Assembly: GCA_023473795.1 (NCBI GenBank)
Contig: JAMCYS010000033.1
Location: 6,581-70,580 of the forward strand
Origin: Chloroflexota bacterium
GTDB lineage: Bacteria > Chloroflexota > UBA6077 > FW602-bin22 > JAMCYS01
Direction: 5' to 3'
Length of the DNA stretch: 64,000 bases
Shown here: in pieces, positions 17,401-26,904 of the stretch
Position numbering within the stretch: position 1 is the first letter of the stretch
How the letters are laid out: each line of letters starts with the position of its first letter
The notes under the pieces: generated by a model
Database searches by the model: none
What the model saw: only the letters and a program-made list of their open reading frames with translations
Told to the model about the DNA's origin: nothing
Translations under genes and position numbers: made by a program

Positions 17401-17438
17401 AGATCGCGGTCGTGGAGAGGGTCGGCGGCAAGCCGTAG
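14421..17438 (+). CDS. Type IIG restriction-modification fusion (REase + N6-adenine MTase + TRD; Eco57I/TaqI-C-like)
   Basis: PDY...EAK nuclease motif, GVYYTP, IIDPACGSGSFL, GNPPY, C-terminal TRD. Confidence 0.9.
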   Translation: MSAPAEIAALVGRFDQSRSAYMSGHYNETQVRHEFIDPFFKALGWDVNNEQGYAESYKDVVHEDSIKVGGATKAPDYCFRVGGTRKFYVEAKRPGVNIKDNADGAFQIRRYAWSSKLPLSILTDFEEFAVYDCRIKPAKTDKASAARTLSLHFTDYAPRWDELASVFSRDAVLKGSFDKYADSTKAKKGTAEVDDALLAEIESWRDVLAHNLALRNPGLTRRELNFAVQSTIDRIIFLRICEDRGIEEYGRLMALQNGTRVYERLGVLFQRADERYNSGLFHFHREKGRTELPDELTLGLVLDDKPLKDIFKSLYYPDSPYEFSVLPANILGHVYEQFLGKVIRLTEGHHAVIEDKPEVKKAGGVYYTPTYIVDYIVKQTVGKLLEGRRPGPRGSASQLKIIDPACGSGSFLIGAYQYLLDWHRDQYVADGTKKHTRELYQGPGGDWRLTTGERKRILLNNIYGVDIDAQAVETTKLSLLLKVLEGESEQTVSRQLAMFHERALPDLANNIKCGNSLIGPDFYDNRQASFLDEEARYRVNVFDWQNEFPDVLRRPDGGFDAVIGNPPYIRMENFKEIKSYLKAAYASHDERSDLYAYFIERAHSLLSDRGVFGMIVSNKFLRSNYGSPLRRFLSQNAVIERVVDLAGLPVFIGATVRTLILVTSRASSGELTVFYAPPLAAERFRAVTGGSLSIEQSIAEITYEVPRRVLGQAVWNFAMQDTDSLISGLQSRCQPLAEYCMGQICMGIKSGLTEAFVIDSQTYADIVERNPGAKEIIKPFLNGRDVRRYHTEPKDIYIVYTHHGVNISDYPAVEQHLRQFKDRLGRRATRQEWYELQQPQYNFASYMAGPKIIFPDIAIAPRFALDTGGHYCSNTTYFIPGYDPYLLGLLNSRCAYFYFAHTCAGLEGSGETYLRFFGQYLGGFPVPVLNLSDSVDKMHLQGVVDAVERMHALWKQFGAASTAHEKTVLQRQIDAVDRQIDAMVYQLYDLTDEEIAVVERVGGKP

Positions 17439-17537
17439 GTGGTCAAGAGCATTGCCTTGCCCCCGCCAGGCTAGGTGAGCGTCACCTTCAAGAAGGCGCC
17501 GAACGCACCCGCGGCGAGCCAGCCGTAGGTGGCGTCT

Positions 17538-17566
17538 TTGACTGGCTCGGTTGCCCCTGCTAGAAT
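17538..17566 (+). promoter_or_regulatory. Sigma70-type promoter of the ABC transporter operon
   Basis: TTGACT-17-TAGAAT. Confidence 0.6.
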
Positions 17567-17737
17567 CTTAAGAGGAACTCGCCGGCCGCAGGATTCTCCT
17601 GCGGCCGGCACCAGGAAACGACATACCGCGGTGCCAGCAAAGCCGCTGGTGGCAAGCGCGGAGAAGTCGCGGGCAGCAGGTTACCTGCCAATAAGCCGAC
17701 TTGCCCGTGTCCGCGAGTGAGAGCGAGGAGGGTACCC

Positions 17738-19387
17738 TTGAGCGACCGAGAACAGCTCGGCGAACCGATTTACCCTGGGCAGAATGGACGATTGAGCCGC
17801 CGGGCTCTGATCAAGGGGCTGATGATGCTTGGGCTCTCCGCCGGGACGGCGTCCGCGCTGGCCGCCTGCGTCCAGCCCACGGCACCGGCCGCGCCGACGG
17901 CCGCGGGAGCCAGTGGCCCGGCGGCGACCACCCCCGCGTCGGCCGCCACGGCGGGCGCGGCCAAGAAGGGTGGCACCCTGCGCCGGGGTTGGCAACCGCC
18001 GACGCAGCTCGACCCAGCATTGCAGGCCACCTCAACCGAGATCGCCGCCTGCGCCCAGATGTACGACTGGCTGGTCTGGATCGACGAGAAGAACCAGCCT
18101 AGCAAGGCCCTGGCGGAAAGCTGGGGCTCAAACAAGGAAGGCACCCAATGGACGTTCGCCTTGCGTCAGGGGGTCACCTTCCACAGCGGCAAGGCTCTGA
18201 CAGCTGAAGACGTCGTCTTCACTTTCAACCGATTGCGCGACAAGAGCATTGGCGCCGCCACCGCCAGCCTCTATGAGAACATCAAAGACGTGAAGGCCGT
18301 CGACGGCAAGAACGTGCAGTTCGTGCTCGCCAAGGCAAACCCGGAGCTACCGGCGGATCTGGGCGACTACCACGCCGCCATCGTCGCCAGCGACACCAAA
18401 GACTTCAAGACCACCTACAACGGCACGGGACCCTTCATCCTGGAGAAATTCTCGCCCGAGGACCGGGCCACGTTCAAGCGCAATCCCAACTACTGGCTGT
18501 CCGATCTGCCGTATCTGGACGGGATACAGGACATCTACTCGCCCCAGCAGTCGGCGCAGGTCGAAGCTTTGCGCGGCGGCCAGTTGGACGTGGTGATGGG
18601 CCTGGGGGCCGAGTTGGCCGAGACTCTCAAGAAAGAGGGCAAGACCACCATCCTGCAGGGCCGGCCCAACATGCACTTCGCCCTGCACATGCGCTCCGAT
18701 CGCAAACCCGGCTCTGATCCGAAGGTGCGCCAGGCGCTCAAGGCGGCGACCGATCGCAGCGCCATTCTCAAGGCAGCCCGGCTCGGCTACGGCGTCGCCG
18801 GGCGCGACACGCCGATTAGTCCCGTCTTCGGCGACTACTATCTGGACGTGCCGGAACCGAAGCGCGATGTCGCCAAGGCCAGGCAGCTCCTGAAGGAGGC
18901 CGGCTACGACTCCCTGAACATCCAACTCACGGCCCAGAACAGCTTCGATGTACCCAAGATCGCCGTCGTCTGGAAAGAGCAATTGGCCGAGGCCGGGGTG
19001 AACGTCGACATCAAGGTCGTGCCGCCGGACGTCTACTATCAGGACGACGGCTGGCTGCAGGTGGATTTTGGCATCACCGAGTGGGCGCTGCGGGCAACGC
19101 CTCAACCCTACCTGCAGCTGGCCTACAAGACGGGCGCCAAGTGGAACGAATCGCACTTCTCCGATGCGGAGTTGGACCAGCTGGCCGATCAGGCAGCCTC
19201 GGAGCTGGATAGAGCAAAGCGCGCCGAGTTGTATAAGCAAATCCAGCAAATCTTTATCGACCGCGGGCCAATCATAGTGCCCTACTTCGAGACGACAATC
19301 GCCGCAACCAACCCGAAGGTGAAAGGCTTGGTCGTGCACGCGGACTTCCCGCGGTCCACGATGCGCTCGGTCTTCATAGAGGGTTAG
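17738..19387 (+). CDS. Peptide/nickel ABC transporter substrate-binding lipoprotein (SBP family 5), Tat-exported
   Basis: SRRALIK Tat motif, LAAC lipobox, LRQGVTFHSG, GTGPF. Confidence 0.92.
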   Translation: MSDREQLGEPIYPGQNGRLSRRALIKGLMMLGLSAGTASALAACVQPTAPAAPTAAGASGPAATTPASAATAGAAKKGGTLRRGWQPPTQLDPALQATSTEIAACAQMYDWLVWIDEKNQPSKALAESWGSNKEGTQWTFALRQGVTFHSGKALTAEDVVFTFNRLRDKSIGAATASLYENIKDVKAVDGKNVQFVLAKANPELPADLGDYHAAIVASDTKDFKTTYNGTGPFILEKFSPEDRATFKRNPNYWLSDLPYLDGIQDIYSPQQSAQVEALRGGQLDVVMGLGAELAETLKKEGKTTILQGRPNMHFALHMRSDRKPGSDPKVRQALKAATDRSAILKAARLGYGVAGRDTPISPVFGDYYLDVPEPKRDVAKARQLLKEAGYDSLNIQLTAQNSFDVPKIAVVWKEQLAEAGVNVDIKVVPPDVYYQDDGWLQVDFGITEWALRATPQPYLQLAYKTGAKWNESHFSDAELDQLADQAASELDRAKRAELYKQIQQIFIDRGPIIVPYFETTIAATNPKVKGLVVHADFPRSTMRSVFIEG

Positions 19388-19516
19388 CCCAAGCCGGCCG
19401 GGGCCGGCAGAGAACCGGCGGCGCCAGTCACAACCGGAGGCCAGAGAGGCGATTCCCTGGCCTCTGTCGTTGGGAAGACATGGCCGCTGGCCCGCGCCCC
19501 CAGGCGAGAGGGGAAT

Positions 19517-20401
19517 ATGGCAAGCAGGGCAATTCCAGCATCTCTTGGCCTTAGAGCCAGCCGAGGTTGGCGCGTTCTCTACCATCGACTGCGGCGCGCC
19601 CCGGCCAGCCTAGTTGGCGGCTCAATCGTCCTCTTCTTCCTGCTCACCGCTTTGTTCGGGCCCTACCTCGCGCCCTACGGCCCCACGGACCAGAACCTGG
19701 CCGCGATGCTGCAGCCGCCCTCGCTAGGGCATTGGTTTGGCACGGACCTCTTCGGACGCGACGTGTTCAGCAGGGTGCTCGTCGGCAGCCGGGACATCTT
19801 CGTGCTCTGCGGCTCGGGCACCCTGGGCGCGGTAGCTGTGGGAGTATTCGTTGGGCTCGCGGCCGGCTATCAGGGCGGCCTCTGGGACGAGGGGCTGATG
19901 CGCTTGATGGATGTTCTTCTCGCCATACCGGCTTTGCTCCTGGCGATGCTGCTGCTCGCGGTTGTCGGCCCTTCCTACGGCAATGTACTGCTGGTCATCG
20001 TCGTTCTGTATATCCCCATGGTTAGCCGGGTCGTGCGCAGCGTAGTGCTCGAACTGAAGACCAAAGACTTCGTGGAGGCGGCGCGCCTGCGCGGTGAAAG
20101 TAGTCTGTACATCATGTTTGCGGAGCTCCTGCCCAACGCCCTGCCACCGCTGGTGGTCGAGGCGGCCGCCCGCTTCTCCTATTCCATCTTCCTGGTGGCC
20201 TCCCTGGGGTTCCTCGGCCTGGGCGTGCAACCTCCCTCCCCTGACTGGGGTTTGATGGTCGCCGAGGCGCGCGACTCCTATGCGCTGGCGCCCTGGGTTC
20301 TGGCTGCGCCCGCGGCCGCTATTTCCCTGCTGGTGGTTGGAGTAAGCCTGTTCAGCGACGGTCTGCGGCGTTTGCTGCGGCCGGGCGTGGCGGGAGGTTA
20401 G
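19517..20401 (+). CDS. Peptide ABC permease (DppC/OppC)
   Basis: HWFGTD..GRD.FSR, EAAR..G, LGFLGLG.QPP.PDWG. Confidence 0.92.
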   Translation: MASRAIPASLGLRASRGWRVLYHRLRRAPASLVGGSIVLFFLLTALFGPYLAPYGPTDQNLAAMLQPPSLGHWFGTDLFGRDVFSRVLVGSRDIFVLCGSGTLGAVAVGVFVGLAAGYQGGLWDEGLMRLMDVLLAIPALLLAMLLLAVVGPSYGNVLLVIVVLYIPMVSRVVRSVVLELKTKDFVEAARLRGESSLYIMFAELLPNALPPLVVEAAARFSYSIFLVASLGFLGLGVQPPSPDWGLMVAEARDSYALAPWVLAAPAAAISLLVVGVSLFSDGLRRLLRPGVAGG

Positions 20402-20402
20402 A

Positions 20403-22478
20403 TTGGGCACGCCGCTATTGGCCCTCGACAACCTCACCGTCGCCTACGATACCGAAGAGGGCCCGCTGGCCGCGGTGCGCGGCGTCTCGCTGTCCCTGGG
20501 CAAGGGCGATAGGTATGGGCTCGTGGGCGAGTCGGGTTCCGGCAAGACGACGCTGGGCTTGGCGGTGCTGTGCTATCTGGCCGGGAACGGCCGCGTGACC
20601 GGCGGCGCGATACGTTTCGGGGATGCCGACCTCCTGACCGCGAGCGCCGGCGAGCTACGCCGCGTTTGGGGCGGGCGGATCGGCATGGTCTACCAGAACC
20701 CCGCCACGGCCCTCAACCCGTCGCTGCGCGTGGGCGAGCAGATCGCCGAAGTGGCCCGAGCTCATCTGGGCTTGGGGCGAGGGGAAGCGCACGGGAAAGC
20801 CGTGGCGATGCTGGCCAAAGTGCGCTTGTCAGATCCGGCGGCGGTAGCCGAACGCTATCCCCATGAACTGAGCGGCGGCATGCTGCAGAGGGCACTCATC
20901 GCCATGGCCCTCACCAGCAACCCGGAGCTGCTGATCCTTGACGAGCCGACGACGGCGCTGGATGTGACCACCGAGGCAGTGGTGCTCGACCTCATCGAGT
21001 CACTGGCGGAGGAGTACGGGTCGGCGATTCTGTACATCACCCACAACTTGGGAGTAGTCGCCAGGCTTTGCGACCGAGTCGGCGTGATGTATGCCGGGGA
21101 GCTCGTCGAAGAGGCCCCGGTGAACGACCTCTATCACCTGCCGCTCCATCCCTACACTGTCGGGTTGCTGGGCAGCATACCGGGATTGGACGCCGACAAG
21201 CACCGGGCGCCTCTGAGCACCGTTCCCGGCCGCATTCCCAGACCGAACGAGCTACCCGCGGGCTGCGTTTTCGTCCCTCGCTGCCAGTTGGCGGAGGACG
21301 CTTGCCGGGCTGCCCGTCCCCTCTACGAGACAGTAGCGCCACGACGCTCGTCGCGTTGCCGCCGCTGGCTGGAGCTGGCGGGTGGCTGGCGGGGCGCTGC
21401 CGACACCAGCCCCCCGGCGGTCACGGCTGCCACCTCAGGCGGGGCCGAATTGTCGGCGCAGGGCGTCAAGAAATACTTTCCGACCGGCGGCGCGATAGGC
21501 AACCTGCTACCGTCGTTGGCCGGCCCGCCCGTGCGGGCCGTGGATGACATTAGCCTGTCGCTTCCAGAAGGAACGACCGTCGGTTTGGTTGGGGAGAGCG
21601 GCTGCGGCAAGACCACGTTCGGCCGCTGCCTCGTGGGCTTGGCGGAGCCGACCGCCGGAACCGTCAGCCTGGGCGAGAATCGACTCTCCCCCTCGGTCGC
21701 CGGGCGCCCGCGGCCCGTGCTCAGGCGATTGCAGATGGTCTTCCAGAATCCAGATGCCTCTCTCAATCCTAGCCTGACCGTGGGCAGGGCAATAGGCCGA
21801 CAGCTGGCACTGCTGGCCGATTTGCCCGCCGACCGCCGGCGGGAACGAGTGGCGGAGCTGCTGCGCTCGGTCGGCTTGCCCGAAAGCTACGCCGCCCGTC
21901 TGCCCGAGGAGCTTTCCGGAGGAGAAAAGCAAAGGGTAGCCATCGCCCGGGCTTTTGCCGCCGACCCCGGGATCGTGATCTGCGATGAGCCGATCTCCGC
22001 CCTGGATGTCTCCGTGCAGGGATCGCTGCTGAACCTGTTGAGCGAACTGCAGGCCAGCCGGGGCGCGACGTACCTCTTCATTTCCCACGACCTGGCGGCG
22101 GTTCGTTACATCTCCGACTACGTGGCCGTCGTCTATCTGGGTCGCCTCTGGGAGATCGGCAGTACGGCCGAAGTCTTTGCTCCTCCCTTCCACCCCTACA
22201 CCGAGGCCCTACTGGCGGCCATTCCGGTGCCCGACCCCGCGACCCCGCGGCGGCGCCTTCGTCTGGCGGGCAACGTGCCCAGCAGCGTGCAAGTGCCCAG
22301 TGGCTGTCGCTTCCACCCGCGCTGCCCGCGCCAGCTAGGCCAGATTTGCGAGACTGAGGAGCCACCCTGGCGCCAAGCCTCGTCCAGCCATCGCCTCTGC
22401 TGCCACATCGAATTGGCTGAGCTGCAGCGCCTGCAGAGGCTCGCCCCGAGCACAGTAGAGGCGGCGAACGATGCTTAG
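20403..22478 (+). CDS. Peptide ABC ATPase, fused DppD/DppF
   Basis: Two GESGxGKT Walker A motifs, LSGG signatures, C-terminal Cys motifs. Confidence 0.92.
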   Translation: MGTPLLALDNLTVAYDTEEGPLAAVRGVSLSLGKGDRYGLVGESGSGKTTLGLAVLCYLAGNGRVTGGAIRFGDADLLTASAGELRRVWGGRIGMVYQNPATALNPSLRVGEQIAEVARAHLGLGRGEAHGKAVAMLAKVRLSDPAAVAERYPHELSGGMLQRALIAMALTSNPELLILDEPTTALDVTTEAVVLDLIESLAEEYGSAILYITHNLGVVARLCDRVGVMYAGELVEEAPVNDLYHLPLHPYTVGLLGSIPGLDADKHRAPLSTVPGRIPRPNELPAGCVFVPRCQLAEDACRAARPLYETVAPRRSSRCRRWLELAGGWRGAADTSPPAVTAATSGGAELSAQGVKKYFPTGGAIGNLLPSLAGPPVRAVDDISLSLPEGTTVGLVGESGCGKTTFGRCLVGLAEPTAGTVSLGENRLSPSVAGRPRPVLRRLQMVFQNPDASLNPSLTVGRAIGRQLALLADLPADRRRERVAELLRSVGLPESYAARLPEELSGGEKQRVAIARAFAADPGIVICDEPISALDVSVQGSLLNLLSELQASRGATYLFISHDLAAVRYISDYVAVVYLGRLWEIGSTAEVFAPPFHPYTEALLAAIPVPDPATPRRRLRLAGNVPSSVQVPSGCRFHPRCPRQLGQICETEEPPWRQASSSHRLCCHIELAELQRLQRLAPSTVEAANDA

Positions 22479-23415
22479 CTACGTCGCCCGCCGCCTCTTG
22501 TTCGTGCTACTGACCCTGCTGCTGTCATCGCTGGTCATTTTTGGCGTGACCCAACTGCTGCCGGGCGACGTGGCAACTATGATCCTGGGTCGCTTCGCCA
22601 CACCTGAAGCCCTGGCCCGTCTGCGGGGCGAGCTGGGCCTAGATAGGCCGCTCTACGTGCAATACTGGGACTGGCTCTGGCGTTTCGTCAAGGGGGACTG
22701 GGGCACGTCGTTGGCCACAGGCACGGCAATCCAGCCCTGGGTGATGGAGCGTCTCCGCAACTCAGCCATGCTGGCCGGCGTGGGGTTGGTCATGAGCGTG
22801 CCGCTGGCGGTGGTGCTCGGCGTGGTTGCCGCCATGAAACGGGATAGCTGGCTAGACCACGTAATCTCCGTGTTCTCGCTCGCGCTGGTGGGGCTGCCGG
22901 AGTTCGTCACCGGACTGGTCTTCATCGGCGTTCTCGCCCTGGGCCTCAAATGGCTCCCCGCCAGCTCGGCCATAGAACCTGACGCCGGCTTCTTCGACGC
23001 CCTGCCGAAACTCATTCTGCCGGGCCTGACAATTACGCTGGTGATGCTGGCCTACGTGGCGCGGATGACCCGCTCCGGCACGATCGAGGTGTTGAAGACC
23101 GACTACATACGCACGGCCTACCTGAAGGGCTTGCCCGCGCACGAGGTCATCCTCAATCACGTCCTGCGCAACGCCCTGCTGCCCACGGTGACGATCATCG
23201 CCATCAGCATCGGCTGGCTGATCGGCGGGCTGATTGTCACTGAGAGCGTCTTTGGCTATCCCGGCCTGGGGAGGTTGCTCCTCTACAGCATCCAGCACCG
23301 CGACCTGCCGCTGCTGCAGGCCGTGTCGATGCTCGTGGTGGCGATCTACAGCCTGGCCAACCTTCTGGCCGACGTCGTCTATGCCTACCTCAACCCGCGC
23401 ATCCGCTTGAGCTGA
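22471..23415 (+). CDS. Peptide ABC permease (DppB/OppB)
   Basis: LPGD, LGLD.PL, DYIRTA..KGL, NPRI. Confidence 0.92.
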   Translation: MLSYVARRLLFVLLTLLLSSLVIFGVTQLLPGDVATMILGRFATPEALARLRGELGLDRPLYVQYWDWLWRFVKGDWGTSLATGTAIQPWVMERLRNSAMLAGVGLVMSVPLAVVLGVVAAMKRDSWLDHVISVFSLALVGLPEFVTGLVFIGVLALGLKWLPASSAIEPDAGFFDALPKLILPGLTITLVMLAYVARMTRSGTIEVLKTDYIRTAYLKGLPAHEVILNHVLRNALLPTVTIIAISIGWLIGGLIVTESVFGYPGLGRLLLYSIQHRDLPLLQAVSMLVVAIYSLANLLADVVYAYLNPRIRLS

Positions 23416-23430
23416 GCCCGCACGACGAGA

Positions 23431-23460
23431 AGCTCACACGCTGCGCTTCGCGTGTGAGCT
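23431..23460. terminator. Hairpin between convergent genes
   Basis: AGCTCACACGC...GCGTGTGAGCT. Confidence 0.6.
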
Positions 23461-23481
23461 ACTTTGAACCTTAGATCTACT

Positions 23482-24600
23482 CTAGTACGGAAGCCGCTGC
23501 CGCGCGGGCGCTTCCTGGGCAGAAAGCAGCCCGTCCAGGCGTTCGGCCACAAGCGACGGCGCCAGGCTCTCCAGGCAGACGTGCCTCTCGCGCAGGCAAG
23601 CCTCGTTCCGGAAGCGGTTCTCCGCGCAGAGCGGGCACGGCTCGTCGCCGAGCAGCACCTGCAGATGGGGCACAGGCGGCGCCCAGACCCGCCAGGGGCT
23701 GGCCCCGAACAGGGCCAGGGTAGGGGTGCCGACCGCGCCGGCCAGGTGCATGATGCCGTTGTCGACGGTAACGCAGGCGCGCGCCCGCTGGAGAGCGCCG
23801 GCCACCTGCGGCAGGGAGAGGGCCCCGCGCAGGTCCTGTAGCGCGGAATTGCCGAGCAGATAGTCTTCGAGATCCGCGGAGTGATAGCGCGAGCGTTGTT
23901 GCGCCGGCGCATCACCCAGCAGGCCGACGGCTAGACCGCGCCGCTGGCAGTGGCGCAGCAGGGCCAGCCAATGCTCGGCCGGCCACAGCTTGGCGCTCCG
24001 CTTGCCCCCCGTGGCGATCAGGATGGGCGGCACTGCCAGCGGCGGCTCCGCCACCGGCGCCTCGGTGCGGGCGTAGTCCGTCTCCACCCGGGCCAGACGG
24101 CAGAGGATTTCGCCGATGAATTGCGTTTGCAGCAGGTCCCCGTAGCGGCCAAGAAGATCCGCGTCCGCCCAGTCTTGGCGCCACAGTTCGTCGAGTCGCT
24201 CCCCCGAATCCGGCAATGGGGAGCGCAGCTCGCCGTCAAAGCAACGGCCGACGACGTAGCGGGGGGCCAGCAGCGCGGCGACAACTGCGGCGACAGGATG
24301 GTCATCGCAGTTGACCGCCAGATCGAAGTCGCCGGCCAGGGCCCGGCGTTCGGTCAGATAGCCCGGCAGGTCCGTCAGAGTGCCGGCGCCGAAGACAGAG
24401 AAGCGGCTGTCGACGAGGCGGCTGGCCTCCTCCAACTGCCGCGTTCGCTCGCCGCCGAGGTAGTCCAACGTGCAGCCTGGGTATTTGTCCCGCACGCCGC
24501 GCAAGAGCGGCGTTGCCACGACGAAGTCGCCAATGGCGTCGTAGAAGAGCACGGCGATATGGGGCCGCTCGCGCAGCGGTTGACCAGAGAAGCGCTCCAT
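23482..24600 (-). CDS. Glycosyltransferase family 9 (heptosyltransferase-like)
   Basis: AIGDFVVATP, K.WP, DNGIMHLAGAVGTPTLALFG. Confidence 0.9.
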   Translation of the reverse strand: MERFSGQPLRERPHIAVLFYDAIGDFVVATPLLRGVRDKYPGCTLDYLGGERTRQLEEASRLVDSRFSVFGAGTLTDLPGYLTERRALAGDFDLAVNCDDHPVAAVVAALLAPRYVVGRCFDGELRSPLPDSGERLDELWRQDWADADLLGRYGDLLQTQFIGEILCRLARVETDYARTEAPVAEPPLAVPPILIATGGKRSAKLWPAEHWLALLRHCQRRGLAVGLLGDAPAQQRSRYHSADLEDYLLGNSALQDLRGALSLPQVAGALQRARACVTVDNGIMHLAGAVGTPTLALFGASPWRVWAPPVPHLQVLLGDEPCPLCAENRFRNEACLRERHVCLESLAPSLVAERLDGLLSAQEAPARQRLPY

Positions 24601-24710
24601 TACTGTCTCCCGCCACATTATAGGCTGGGCACTCTGCCCGCGCAAACTCCGCCCAGGGTGCGAACCCCGAAGCCGCAGGTCGAATGGAGGTGTCCCGCGG
24701 CCGCACTGCC

Positions 24711-24800
24711 CTCCCCTCACACGGCCGCGGGGACGGCTGCTTCGACAATCGCTATGGAACTGGGCAGAGCACTCCCCTCACACGGCCGCGGGGACGGCTG
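24711..24800. repeat. Two identical 29-bp direct repeats (CTCCCCTCACACGGCCGCGGGGACGGCTG) separated by 32 bp
   Basis: Copies at 24711-24739 and 24772-24800. Confidence 0.7.
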
Positions 24801-24841
24801 GCCGGGTGCGCGGGCTCACGGAGGTATCAGACTAGGGGCGG

Positions 24842-25624
24842 TCAACCAGGCCTACCATCGCTGACGATGATATCGTAGCTCTGGCCCTCGAGGGCCAGCT
24901 CCAGCCGCCCGCCGTAGGTGGCGCGGGCCTCCCGCAGGCTGATCTGGGAGTCGAGCTCGTACCAGATGTGGGTAAGTAGCAGCCTGGGTACGCCCGCTTG
25001 CTGCGCCAGGCGGCCGGCGTCGCTCGCGCTCAGGTGGCCGGCCCGGCCGCGGGCATAGGTGGCATCCTGCATCGTGGCTTCGCAAAGGAAGGCATCGCAG
25101 CCGGCTGCCAGGGCGAGGGCCGCCTCGCAATAAGCAGTATCGGCCGAATAGGCCAGCGTGCCGTTCCCTGCCACCCGCAGCCCGTAGGACGGGATGAAGT
25201 GGCGTAGTTCGACCACGGTGACAGACAAGTCTCCTACCGTAATGACGTCGCCAGGGTTGTACTCGTGCAGGGCAAACGCCTCACCAAAGAAGTGCGCCGC
25301 GCCACCGAAGGAGGCGGCGAAGTTCTCCAGCACCTGGCCGCAGCCGTTGGGCAGCCAGAGTGGCAGAGGCGCGGGTCGTTTGGGGCCCAGGGTCAGGAGC
25401 AGGGCATACCGGTAGGGCACCAGGTCGAAGAAGTGGTCGGCGTGCATGTGGCTGATGAACACTGCGTCGACGGCCAAGGGATCAATGAATCGCTCCAACT
25501 GGCTGAAGGCGCCGGTGCCGCAATCGAGCAGGATACTGCTGTCGCCTTCCTGGACCAGGTAGCCATTGCACGCGCCGCCGGGCCGGGGCACCGCGCCATT
25601 GTTGCCTATCACCGTGAGCTTCAC
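24842..25624 (-). CDS. MBL-fold metallo-hydrolase (RNase Z/YhfI-like)
   Basis: SHMHADH, YSADT, CEAT, GHL, LTH. Confidence 0.9.
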   Translation of the reverse strand: MKLTVIGNNGAVPRPGGACNGYLVQEGDSSILLDCGTGAFSQLERFIDPLAVDAVFISHMHADHFFDLVPYRYALLLTLGPKRPAPLPLWLPNGCGQVLENFAASFGGAAHFFGEAFALHEYNPGDVITVGDLSVTVVELRHFIPSYGLRVAGNGTLAYSADTAYCEAALALAAGCDAFLCEATMQDATYARGRAGHLSASDAGRLAQQAGVPRLLLTHIWYELDSQISLREARATYGGRLELALEGQSYDIIVSDGRPG

Positions 25625-26904
25625 TGTCTCTCCTCTCGCCAGGCCTGGCTATCCCCGCCGGAGGCCGCGGCCGCCGTCTTGCGCCGCAGCCGCCGCAAGC
25701 GGTGTTCCAGACTGGTCCTATCCTGGTCCGACCTCTGTGCCTGCCAGGGGCTTCCCACTTGCCTTGCCAGCAGCGCCAAGGCCCGCTCCACCACCAGCGC
25801 GGCCTCGGCGTACCGTTTCTCGCGGTGCTCCAGATACTTAGCCAGCTCGACGTGGGGAGTCAACAGCGCCGCCGATGGCCGCGAGACCAGGGTTCGCCAG
25901 ACCCGCTCCGCGTCGTCGAGCTTCGCCAGACGCTTGTAAGTTATCCCTAGACGAAACAGCGCCTCCTGGTGCTTGCCACCTGGGAGCCCCCTGGCGAGTG
26001 CCTCTTCGTAGCACAGCGCCGCCGTGCCCCAGTCTTGATCTATCTCAAACGTACGGCCAAGCGCGAAAAGGTCGAGGGGATGAGCCGACTCGCGCAGCGG
26101 GTCCTGCCAGTGCCGGCCCAGTCGCACCGTCAGGGCCAACAGGCTCAGCACATCTTGTTCATTGTGGGCGAACACAGGCCTGAGCGGACGCGCATCGCGC
26201 TCCCGGACGTACTGGAAGTAGAGGCTGGGAATGAGCCAGCCAGGCACGTCCAGCGTCCTCTGTAGCCCGAGGGCGCCCGCCTCCAGGGAAGACAGACAGC
26301 AGCTGCCGAGGCGCTCCCGCCAAAGCCGGCGGGCGGGGAACAGCAAGTCCAAGTGCAACGGCTCGCTCACCGGTAGGGCGCGCCGGTGCATGTCAAACCG
26401 GGTCCTGAGCAGCGGCCAATCGAAGGCCTTGCCGTTGAAGGTGACAACCGCGGCGAAGCGGGCTAACCCGGCGCTCAAGGCGGCCAACATCGCCGGTTCC
26501 TCGCCGTACTCCCCCATGAAGTACTGCTCCACCACGAAACCATCGCCGGTGAAGTAGCCCAGGCCAACCAGGAAAACGTAGGTGCCGGTGCCTCCCGCCA
26601 AGCCGGTGGTCTCCGTGTCGAGGAAAGCCGTAGTGGCGAAGTCAAGTTCTTTCAAGTCGGCAGAGCGTCCGAGCCTGGCCAGGTCCGCGGCCCGCAGATC
26701 GAGAGCCTGGCGCAAGGCGACCCCGCCGTGCTCGTGCTGCAGCGGATAGCGCGAGCAAGCGACGAAACAGCGGCCGTGGGGCGTCTCGCGCCACTCGCCA
26801 GGCACAAGGTCGTCGATGGCGGCGCCGGGCAGAGGTGAGGGCACGGCGGCCGGTCGTGGCGCCGAGACGTAGCCCAGACCGCGCAGGCGCTCAGCGAGGT
26901 CCAT
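25621..26904 (-). CDS. mrfB: YprB/MrfB-like DEDD exonuclease with TPR
   Basis: FLDTETTGL, TFNGKAFD, HNEQDV, C-terminal TPR helices. Confidence 0.85.
   Translation of the reverse strand: MDLAERLRGLGYVSAPRPAAVPSPLPGAAIDDLVPGEWRETPHGRCFVACSRYPLQHEHGGVALRQALDLRAADLARLGRSADLKELDFATTAFLDTETTGLAGGTGTYVFLVGLGYFTGDGFVVEQYFMGEYGEEPAMLAALSAGLARFAAVVTFNGKAFDWPLLRTRFDMHRRALPVSEPLHLDLLFPARRLWRERLGSCCLSSLEAGALGLQRTLDVPGWLIPSLYFQYVRERDARPLRPVFAHNEQDVLSLLALTVRLGRHWQDPLRESAHPLDLFALGRTFEIDQDWGTAALCYEEALARGLPGGKHQEALFRLGITYKRLAKLDDAERVWRTLVSRPSAALLTPHVELAKYLEHREKRYAEAALVVERALALLARQVGSPWQAQRSDQDRTSLEHRLRRLRRKTAAAASGGDSQAWREERQ

Noticed and set aside
24711-24800. Bona fide CRISPR array
   Set aside because: Only two repeats, no cas genes or AT-rich leader; kept only as a low-interest repeat
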